From positions 62,001 through 126,000 of the forward strand of contig MCFE01000110.1 of the NCBI GenBank assembly GCA_002104905.1: DNA of 64,000 nucleotides, read 5' to 3'. The notes under the pieces are model-generated. The model was given only the letters and a program-made list of their open reading frames with translations. It was not told the origin of the DNA and did not search any database. Source of the DNA: Basidiobolus meristosporus CBS 931.73. Taxonomy: Eukaryota; Fungi; Basidiobolomycota. The stretch's first letter is position 1. Every line of letters begins with the position of its first letter. This document shows, in pieces, positions 10,701-21,260 of this stretch. Made by a program: the position numbers and the translations under genes.

Positions 10701-13700
10701 CTAAAATTCCGCCTCAAACTTATTAGACGCTTCGTCAAGAACCGCTTTGAGCTTCTGCTGCTGGTATATGAGTTCTTGGTCCAGCTCGATCTTCACTTCA
10801 TCTATCACCCACCGAGAGGTGCCGTATCCTTTCTTGTCGTAAGCCAGGGAGAAAGCCCGGATTTGTGAACGGCGGAAGAGACCGCCCACTGCAACATAGA
10901 ACGTATCCGTTTTCCCGCGCCCGAAGGATCGTCCGAGCAGAGAATCGAGGGGAAATTGGCGGACGTAGAAGCTTTTGGGTCGGAAATCGCCAATGGTCAG
11001 CGTGACAACCCCGTTCGCGCCTGTGCCTTCGAAGTGATACCAGGGCGATTCGGAATTTTTGGCCGTCTTGATCTGGATACGTATCAGGAGCGGGAATTCG
11101 GTATTGAACTGCCCTGGCATCAGTTCTTGGAGTAGGTTTATGTAGTTGAACATTCGGTGTCCGTTCCCGGCCTTTAACCTAACAATGGAAGTAACGTGTC
11201 TGTAGCCAAGGGTGAACATGTTCAATGCAGAGTTATGAAGGAAACTGAGGTCGCCATGGCAAATGGGATCCTTGGGGTCTTGGAAGTGGTATCCAGACAT
11301 TATGTTATGGAAAGACGTCCAGTGTTTACGAAACTCCATGTTACCAACCGGAGGGGCACCAAAGGTAATGCATTGAATGTAGTTGAAGCCTAGCGTGCCG
11401 TATGCGTTGGTGAAATGGTTGGCCATATCTACGGCGGCCAGAGTGGCCATAGCCCCGCCGAGGGAATGGCCGGTGATTAAGATATGCTCCACAGCCTTCG
11501 CTCCTCCCATCTGGGCAACAAGGGGATCAATCACATCCAGAATCTGCTGGCGAAGCGCGGAGTAGTAATTTAGGAACCCACGATGCACCTTGATTTCGCT
11601 CGATTGGTCTATATAGTAGTCGATCATGGCCAGATTAATATCAGTAAAGGCGTCCTTCATTGTGGAGGTCCCGCGGAAGGCCACAACGATGGTGCGTGTT
11701 TTCTCGTTGTAGCCGATGAACCCGGTGGCGTCCAGATTTGGGATCTGGGATTTGAGATGTTGGTATATCACGCATCCCATATTGGGGACCCGCACATTAA
11801 TGCTCTCCTCCACATCGTACACAATGGAGGACATATTCGCACACAGCAAGGCGTTGTACGAGAAATCCGAGTTGTCGCGGGAATCGTGGTCGTCGGCCTT
11901 TCTTCGCCAGATAGAGCCATCGCATCCAACGCCCCAGATATATCCCTCCGCACTGATGTGGACCTTTCGAAGCTTCCCTCCGGTGGAAACAAACCGATTA
12001 TCTACCCCCAGCCGATAAACGTCCATGAATCTATCCACCCCCCATACTGCGCCGTTGGCACCGACGCTGATATGTGAGAGAAGTATCCCCGAGACGGCCT
12101 TCCATCCGATTTGAGAGTTGTATTGATAGACCTGGCCATTGAGTGCGATTCCCCAGACATTCTGAGCATTGCCAGCTGCGATCATCTTCAGCGGACTCTT
12201 TGGTATCTTCCACTTGCTAACAGTCTTCTCTAGGATCAAACTTTTCGATTTTGCAATGGCCTTGAGTCTTTTCAGGGAAGACACTTTGGGCACTTCGGAA
12301 ATTAGCGCCCATTCCAGTTCCTCTCTTCTCCAAAGGTATCCATCCTTGTCCACTGCCCATAGCACCCCATCAGCTCCCACGCAGACACAGCAGTACCGCT
12401 CTGAATCGACATCCCTTTCCCACACATTCTCTTTGATTTGTCGGTAGACGTGGCCGATAGCATCAATGGCCCATGTGTTGCTCTTGGAGCCTACAGACAC
12501 ACCCACGAATGAGTTCTCCGTCGGTTTCCAACGGCTTATCCTTACCGGCCCACCATTACTCTTTTTCCACGTGTCCTGGGCTCTTCTAACCCCCATCACG
12601 GTGCCTTGATCACCTATGCTTATCTGCATCAAATCGCTCGGAGGCCCTGGAACCTGCTCCCAGTGGTATTCGGTATTGTAGGTGGACGACTTCTCAGGCA
12701 TAGGACTTGACCAATCCTTCACCCATTCTTGGGTTTTTGAGCCCAGAGGCCTGGCATAGAGCGTATTGAAGGAATCTGTTCCGACCAAGAACCACTCCTC
12801 CTGAACCTTAGTCAATGTAATATGAACCAATAGACAGGGCGGCATATTGGCAATCTTGGTCCAGTGGATATGGGAGCATGATGTCGAGTAGATCGCTGTA
12901 CCACCCTCCTCGGTCTCTTGGACGCTGAAGAATTCAGGGCGTTTGGTGGAGCAGCACAATGTCTGCATCAGCATTGGGGTCATTGCCCGGACCCCAACCT
13001 GGCTCCACTCACGCTGGACAATATTCAAGGCCCAAATCACCCCGTCGAAATCGATGGTATACAACTGACTCTGCGCGGTACCTAGTGGAGATTGCATCAT
13101 ATTAGCCCATGAGTGTAACATCGGGTGGATTTGTCAGAACTTACGCTCGGTGATAAAATTCTCCACGAATCCTTTGAACCGTCTTGTTGTGTTACCCGGC
13201 CAGTTCATCACCCATTTGCCTCTAGGGACCGAGCAGCCCCATAAGATCCCCGTCTCCGTGAGACCAAAGAGCTTATTTTTCTGCCCATAAATCACCTGGA
13301 AAGCAGTTGGAGCCTTTTGAGGCCAGTCCGCAATCCAATCATGTGCCTCAGGTAGATCTTTCCGAAGTTTGTATTTATTTGTCAACTGAAGGCACCACAA
13401 CTCACCACGTAGCGTCAATCCAAACAGGCATTCATTACACACTGTCAGGCATTTGAATCGCTGCGGGGGTTTCTTTGGAAAGTTCTTCAACCATTGCCCT
13501 GACTCGAGTCCCAGTAGCCACAGTTGATAGCGCTCGGTTAGAATCCACAAATTATCACCCCATGTGATAAGCATTGGCAAACGGCTGTGGTATTTCAAAA
13601 GGTCATCCATTGAACAACTTCAGACGATGCAGGAAACCAAACTTACGGTGGGAACACATGCTTGTTCTGTTCAGCACCAGTTTTCGGCAGAAGCTTGTGT

Positions 13701-14490
13701 TTCGGCCGTTTGCTAAACATCCCGCCAAAAGATAACGGTAAATGGAACGAATCTCGTCAAGGTGGCCATTATAAAGTTTACCGTACATATGGATCACGGA
13801 GTTGTGCTCGATTCCTTTCTTGACCGCCTTGAACATCAACTTGAAAGGCTTGGCGAGTCCCTTTTTCCATTTCTTGATGGAAGGCGGCGACCCGAACCTA
13901 TAAAATGCCGCCAGGTCGGTAGGCGAGTGCACGGAAGTACAATCGAACTCGACCTCCGAGCTCAGGTACTCCTCTTCCTCCTCCGTCGCTTGCGCCTGGA
14001 TCTTTTGGACTTTCGGTAGTGGGGTCTTGAAGGCCTTTATCCAGCTCACAAGCTCATCCTTGGTGTTGGTGTGAAACTGAAAGACCCGGCCGTCGACCTC
14101 CACACGAAAACTGTACTTCTCTCCTTCATTACTATTTTCTGGAGATATTCTTGATATAGAAGAGCAGTTTAGAATGACCGGGTCCCGCAGGTCCATAACA
14201 CTGCTGCATATGAACATGGTGCGCGAACCCGCTTCAAACGCCTGGTAAAAGCGATACAGCTGATTAAAATTCCCCGACAACGTATCAATGCCATGTCGCC
14301 TGAGTACTTGCTTAACCTCAGCCATTGTAGCGAAGCGCTCATACAGAACAAGATAGTACTCCTCCTCTCCCCTCTTGACTTTTCCATCGTTGAGAATGAG
14401 TGCTTTGATGTCGAAGAGTGTGGAGGAGTGTTGGCTGAGAACGGTGTCCGATTGTGGTGACGAGTATTCAGAATTTAGTATAAGGCTCAT
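10701..14490 (-). CDS. Multidomain protein of about 1196 aa: PH + beta-propeller repeats + tectonin repeats + class-3 lipase + PLAT/LH2
   Basis: Proposed exons 14490-13787, 13712-13647, 13584-13145 and 13081-10701 total 3591 nt. The GT-AG introns are 74, 62 and 63 nt and all phases are compatible. PH motif FRVEVDGRVFQFHTNTKDELVSWIKAF. Tectonin repeats such as VGADGVLWAVDKDGYLW. Lipase motifs IVVAFRGT, VHRGF, TGHSLGG, TFGAPPVGN. PLAT motifs EGTGANGVVTLTIG, FGRGKTDTFYV, WVIDEVKIE. Confidence 0.85.
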
Positions 14491-14990
14491 TTGGTCAGAA
14501 GTAGGAACATCGAATGTTTAGGATAACAAGGGAAAGAAAGCGTTGAAAATAAAAAGGAAGACCCTTTCGAGAGATAAGTATTTGACCATTTCTCTTCTAC
14601 AACCTTGCCTATTGACCCTGTGAGTGCAGCAAACGCTCCGGTCGGGTGAGTCTCCTTTGGTGCATATACATAGATTATACTTGGACTGGATGCCCATTGT
14701 CTATTTTCTAGTAAAATTTTCGCAGTCGTGTAACGTTTTGTATTCATGATGGCCGATGTACATTACTGCATACCTAGTGGTCGGAACATTAATACATCAT
14801 ATTAGGAACAGTTCATCATAATTTACCTATTCAAAACCGATCCCATATAGCTAATTGGCGAATCGCAATGGCCATTCGTGCCATGGCGTCATGAAACCAT
14901 CCAACAAATAGTAGCTGCTGGCTATCCAGATTTGTCCGATAGTACAAGCCAATGTAAGGAGCTATGCCCAAAGACCCAATGCCTGGCGGA

Positions 14991-14997
14991 TTAGTAA
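14991..14997 (+). promoter_or_regulatory. Putative Yap1/AP-1 response element (TTAGTAA) upstream of GST1
   Basis: Exact TTAGTAA 201 nt before the ATG. A TATA-like tatatataa lies at about 15137-15145. Confidence 0.45.
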
Positions 14998-15191
14998 TCA
15001 ATGCTCCAGCCAATTAAGACATGGGTCAGTAAAATGTTTTGATACATGGCCTTGCCGTCAAAACAGAGCAAGGATACCTTAAATCCAAACTCTAGTGGAA
15101 TCAAGTGGGAACTCACTTTGTGCAACCTGGAGTTTATATATATAAGGAGCCAACAGACCACTCAAGCTGCACAAGCCCAACATTCCTACCG

Positions 15192-16134
15192 ATGTCTGCC
15201 GAATACCGTATCCTGTACTTTCCCATCAGGTAAGAGGTCGTCTCGACTAGCCAAGACCCGCTGTTGTCATGCTTCATGTTGACCTGATCCTCTGTTCGAC
15301 AGAGGTCTTGCTGAAGAGCTCCGTCTTTTCCTTGAAGAAAAGAACATCTCATACACTGATGAGACTTTCGAGGACTGGATGGCTGTGAAGCCTACTTTGG
15401 TGCCTCTCCACCAAGTCCCAATTGTCTGGAACGGGGACATCAAGATGTCTCAGAGCAAGGCTATCTTGAGATACATGGCCAATAAGCATGGTAGGTGGTC
15501 GATGTGCTCCATGAAGTATGCCCTTCTCTCTTTGCTGAGCATGATCTGTGATAGGCGCCAATGGGAAGAATGCGAGAGAAGCTCTTCAGGCTGATATCGT
15601 TGCCGAAGCCACCGTAAGTATATCTGAATGCTTAGGGTTTGGCTGATTGGTAGGCAGCGTTCTGATCTAATATTCTCGAACCACATCGCTAGAATGATTG
15701 CCGTCGCAAGTTTGTTGCGCTAAGCTACAACCCTGATTTTGTAAGTTCACTACGTCACCACAGTTCACTCCGATCCTTTCCTAAATTAGTATGTTAATCA
15801 TGTACTTCAGAAAAATCTCAAGACCGCATACATCGAGGAGACCATCCCTTTCTACATGAAAGCATTTGAGTATTACTTGGAGGAGAATGGCAACACTGGC
15901 TACTTCGCTGGCAATGACTTCACCTATGCTGATGTCTGCGTGTTCGACATCACTGATAACAACCTCCTCTTGAACCCAGATGCTTTGAATAAGGAGCAAT
16001 ACCCCAAATTGCACAAGTTCTACCATGACTTCAAGAACCGCCCACGTATTGCTGCTTACTTGGAGAGCGAAAGAAGACCTAAATATGCTAATGGATATAT
16101 TGCTTATTTCCATGGAAATGAAAACACCATTTAA
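15192..16134 (+). CDS. Glutathione S-transferase GST1 (Tyr-type, Pi/Mu/Sigma-like), 5 exons
   Basis: MSAEYRILYFPIR|GLAEELRLFL, HQVP, SQSKAILRY, FTYADVCVFD, RPRIAAYL. Four GT-AG introns. Confidence 0.92.
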
Positions 16135-16577
16135 GTACCTTTACTATAGCAACGTGCTGGAAACCCCATGCAAATAGTAAAATAATAAAGTATTCTGAGT
16201 ATAACAAATCTACCTTGCAAGTTGTTAAATGTTGAATTCACATATATATATTGGCCCGTTGAAAGTACATTTAACTTTCGTTACAAGGGTCTTCCATAAT
16301 TTTATGTGAGTATCGATGTTATGGCTAAGTTGAAATATCTTGCAGCGTCCGTTACTTCTATTTTACTGGTTGGTTGGCATCTAGTGTAATAATATGATCT
16401 GTGTTACCAGGCTTCTACATTGGGCAAATAAAAAGGGTGGTAAACCTTCTTTCACAATCTATCTCCTGGATTATTAATACGAACAACGTGTTATGCGAAA
16501 TGGCGCCAATACTATCCCTTAATAAGGCTTTGTTTTCGAAATGCTTGATTACATCTGCAGTTCGAATCCGAGGTGTA

Positions 16578-16584
16578 TTAGTAA
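16578..16584 (+). promoter_or_regulatory. Putative Yap1/AP-1 response element upstream of GST2
   Basis: Exact TTAGTAA 221 nt before the ATG. Confidence 0.45.
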
Positions 16585-16798
16585 TCCATTTAGATCAATG
16601 TTACTGAATACCCAGACGAAAGAGCATAGTAGAAGCAATCCAAAGTCTAATGATTATGGGCATAGAGGTGCTAGGTTGAAACCTCACCTGTACAACCTCC
16701 TAACCTAATTGCAGATGCTTGTCAATTTTGTATATAACATCAACCAAGGCACATCATCACACCATCAACACACTCTCAAGTCTGAGATATCTTCACCC

Positions 16799-17742
16799 AT
16801 GCCCGCCGAATACCGCATCCTGTACTTTCCCATCAGGTAAGAGGTCGTCTCGACTAGCCAAGACCCGCTGTTGTCATGCTTCATGTTGACCTGATCCTCT
16901 GTTCGACAGAGGTCTTGCTGAAGAGCTCCGTCTTTTCCTTGAAGAAAAGAACATCTCATACACTGATGAGACTTTCGAGGACTGGGCCACCCTCAAACCT
17001 ACCTTGGCACCCCTCCATCAGTTACCTATTGTATGGAATGGGGACATCAAGATGTCTCAGAGCAAGGCTATCTTGAGATACATGGCCAATAAGCATGGTA
17101 GGTGGTCGATGTGCTCCGTGAAGTATGCCCTTCTCTCTTTGCTGAGTATGATCTGTGATAGGCGCCAATGGGAAGAATGCGAGAGAAGCTCTTCAGGCTG
17201 ATATCGTTGCCGAAGCCACCGTAAGTATATCTGAATGCTTAGGGTTTGGCTGATTGGTAGGCAGCGTTCTGATCTAATATTCTCGAACCACATCACTAGA
17301 ATGACTGGCGCCGCAAGTATACTGCACTTTGCTACAACCCCGAATTTGTAAGTACACTCGTCTTGCCTTGGAGCGCCCAGACTGTTCTCTGGAGCGGTGC
17401 GCTAACCAAATGCCTTAGGATAACCTCAAGACCGCATACGTCGAGGAGACCGTCCCCTTCTACCTGAAGGCATTTGAGTATTACTTGGAGGAGAATGGCA
17501 ACACTGGCTATTTCGCTGGCAGTGACTTCACCTATGCTGATGTCTGTGTGTTTGACAACATCGACAACAATTTACTCGTGAATGCTAGTACTTTGAATAA
17601 GGAGCAATACCCCAAATTGCACAAGTTCTACCATGACTTCAAGAGCCGTCCACGTATCGCTGCTTACTTGGAGAGTGAAAGAAGACCCAAATATATTAAT
17701 GGACACACTGCCCGTCTTGGTGGCTATCAGAATGATGCTTAG
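16799..17742 (+). CDS. Glutathione S-transferase GST2, 5 exons
   Basis: Paralog of GST1 with the same intron positions. C-terminus YINGHTARLGGYQNDA. Confidence 0.92.
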
Positions 17743-18317
17743 CATACCCATAATATCGCTATCACTGCCAATACTCGGCGAGCACTGAGTGTATCAGCAT
17801 AGATCAGTAGTAACTCACCATTAATAAATGATACGCTAGGGTTGAGCAATCTCAATATTGTTGGTACTAAAGATCATCCGACTTCCATTCACGTCAGGGA
17901 GTAATAATAGTAACTCATCCAGTATGTTCGATACATGTAGACCAAGGGAATCCAGCTGTACTAGAGAGTTGGCGGGGTTGCATGAATGAAGGTATTTGTT
18001 CGCTTTCCAATTATGGTATGGGGAAAATTGTGGCAACTTAATTCCTGATAAACTTTAAGCGAAGAATCAGGTTAAGCAGGGCATTTGAAGTTGATTGATG
18101 CACATGGTTGAGTACCGATTGTATGCAAGAAAAGCACATAATGGGAATGGTTGGCGTGACTGTTCAAGGTCAGCATATATTTCATTTTAGCAACTTACTA
18201 TTGGATTACGATTGCCTCCCGGAAGTAACGTCATCGAACAAGGCAAATCGCATCCAATATTGCAAACCCATTCGGTATTTGGGCTGCACCGTGACTAAGG
18301 GATATCTGCTTGGATAA

Positions 18318-18324
18318 TTAGTAA
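18318..18324 (+). promoter_or_regulatory. Putative Yap1/AP-1 response element upstream of GST3
   Basis: Exact TTAGTAA 238 nt before the ATG. Confidence 0.45.
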
Positions 18325-18555
18325 TGTATCTCCAGGCTAGCCAATTATTGATACAACGATGTGAAGTTGGGCCCACTTGGTACGGTACTCTACCGGGTAA
18401 TCAACATGTTTCTGGCTTGACACTGATTATCTGGGACTCCAGGATCGCTTCGTGTGACAACCTAATCTGATCGCTATTGATGGTTGTATGTATAAAACCA
18501 ACCTCTCTGGTGCATTCTGTGTCATCTCATTCAACGGCTAGTAGTTTACTCATTC

Positions 18556-19493
18556 ATGTCAACTGAATACCGCATCTTGTACTTTCCTATTAGGTAAGAA
18601 GTCGTCTCTTACCTCTAGGCTTACTGTTTTCTTACCTTTCGGATTGCTATTCCGATTTGTCAGAGGAGTTGCTGAAGTGATTCGTCTTTTCTTGGAAGAA
18701 AAAGGCCAGCCATATGTTTCTGAGACAGTGGAGTATTCTGATACATCATCCAAGGGATGGGCCGCCGTGAAGCCCACAATACACCCTTTGCAGCAAGTTC
18801 CCGTCTTCTGGGATGGTGATTTCAAACTACTGCAAAGTAATGCCATTCTAAGATATCTTGCCCGCAAACATGGTAAGTGTTCCATGCAACACACGAAGTC
18901 CTCAACTTGTCTCATAATCAACTGAAATAGATGCCTATGGCAGGGATAATAGAGAAGCTGCCCGGGCAGACCTTATCGCCGACGCAACCGTAAGCGTAGC
19001 CATTATGTACTGTTCAACCCCCGAGTTGTGTTCTGATGAGACGCATTGTGATTCCTTTAGAACGACTGGCGTCACAGGTTTGTTGCACTCAGCTTCAATA
19101 TTGATTTTGTAAGTTCCATCATATGCTCCATGATCCATTTCTTCGAATGCGAATTTAACGTGATCCCCCTAGGAAACCCTCAAGGTTGCATACATCAAGG
19201 ATACCATTCCCTTCTACTTGGGGGCATTCGAGCACTTCTTGGAGGAGAATGGCAATACCGGCTACTTCGCTGGTAGCGAGCTCTCATTCGCTGATGTCTG
19301 TGTATTTGACATCACTGACAACAACCTCCTGTTGAGCCCTAATGCGTTAACGAAGGAGAAATACCCAAAGCTGCACAAGTTCTATCATGACTTCAAGAGT
19401 CGCCCACGCATTGCGGATTACCTGGAGAGTGATAGAAGGCCCAAATACATTTTCGTTGATTTTGCCCAGTTTCAGGGCTACCAGCGTGATTAG
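18556..19493 (+). CDS. Glutathione S-transferase GST3 (most divergent paralog), 5 exons
   Basis: MSTEYRILYFPIR|GVAEVIRLFL, QQVPVFWDGDFKLLQSNAILRYLARKH, LSFADVCVFD. Confidence 0.92.
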
Positions 19494-20302
19494 TAGCTTC
19501 ACCATGTTGAAGATATTTGGAAAATACATCGTTTGAAACATGATTCATTAGTGTCTGGTTAGATAGATGGATCTACCCTGTGCTGTTCGTGCTGTCATAG
19601 CCTTCTCAACCTTATTTTTCAGCCTCCCATAAAATTTTGGCAACGGACAAATCAAGTGGGTTACTGATTTGAACCACGAGAACTGCGAACGTGATGCTGT
19701 CATAGGACCAGGCAAAGATCTATACAGCTAACAGAGATCTGATGGTGGGAGACTCTACTTCTACATGGCTCTCCTAGAGTGCATTATTTAGTTCATGTTT
19801 TCCTGTGCCTATATAACACATCGCACGCACACCGGGAATGGTATATGCTTGCTGGAGCCGTAATATTAGTGTACTTCCCGGATAATTTGGAGTAGCCTCT
19901 TGACAGCATCGATCGAGGTGGAGGTATCACTCGAATTCCCACAAGATGTAACCACTCTGCATAACAGTATTGCCGCGATACGCATGGCTCGCCCACCAAA
20001 TAAAACAGACTTGTCATAAAAATGAATAGAGGGATATTCTTGTTTTGAGCCGCATTAATCGATAATTTTTACTTGGTTTGTCCCTGTTTAGTAGAGCCAA
20101 AACCCTTATTACTCAATCGGAATACATGATATGATATAAATATTGTAATAATCCTATGGAAGCTAAGCCCATAGAATAGAGATGCCTCAATGCTGGAGGG
20201 GGTGGTTTTTACATGGCGGTTTTCACACGGAGCCGAAGGGTGGCTGATCCTTTACATTTGTGATCACCGCTACTGAACAGCTTGACGCGCTGCTCAGGTG
20301 AA

Positions 20303-21260
20303 TCATTTCGCTGGCAGATCTGGTCTGCCGTCCAGAAAAAAATTCAAGAACACTAAGCCATCGTTGCTACTCTTCTCGTGCTTGAACAATCGGATATTCA
20401 GAATGATCCCATCATTCGCACAAAAGATGGCTGCTCTGACCGGTAATGATTGGCGATATTGGGGGGATAAAAACGAGAACTGAAGCTGGGCGACCGCGTT
20501 GCTCACCTTGACATTTTCGAACTGCTCAGTGACAAAAAGTAGGTCGTCCGGATCAATATAGCTTAGAAAAGACAGTCCATTGCATTTCCTTGCGTCAATA
20601 CCAAGTAGAAATTCGCAGTTCTTTGTGGCGAATTCTATGGTCAAGTGGCGTGTGAATCGATTCAGTATCATGCACGCTGCCGGTTCTGGACTTGGAGGAG
20701 TTTTTATGATACTTGTAGCGTATTTGGGTGTGATATCCTACAGGTGAAGCATGAATAAGACAACATCGTTGCTAAGTAACATTGGCCGTCTCACGTACCT
20801 GTGTAGCCATAATTCCGCCATTTTTCCTCGTATACGTATGCTGTGAAGTTGCGTAGCAAGCTATCGAGGAGGTCACGAAGTAAAAGGTTTAACACCAGAG
20901 AAGTGGAAATATGCGAGGGTAGAAGTTACCTCGGAGACGAGGCTGGCCTTTATCTGCGCGCGTGATGACGGCTACTATGATATCGAAGCACCGACCAGAG
21001 ACGGATTCAATTGGGATTAAGCCTTCAGTTTTGTGCTTAATGCTGGTATACATTACTGTCGCCATGTTGTCCTCTTCTCGAACACGTGTGCCAGCAGCTT
21101 GCATTGCGCAGACGATTTCTGGATCGATCAGACAATACCCAGTTTTTCCCCTGAGCTCTTCCTGAGTGTACCCTGTGACATCAACCACACTTTCCGAAGA
21201 ATACAAAATGACCGCTTCATCCGAGACATCATATATTGTTATACAGTTCACCTCCTTCAT
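20303..21260 (-). CDS. Tandem PAS-domain protein with no recognisable output domain, multi-exon
   Basis: PAS1: ILYSSESVVDVTGYTQEELRGKTGYCLIDP. PAS2: ACMILNRFTRHLTIEFAT...FLSYIDPDD. Confidence 0.8.
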
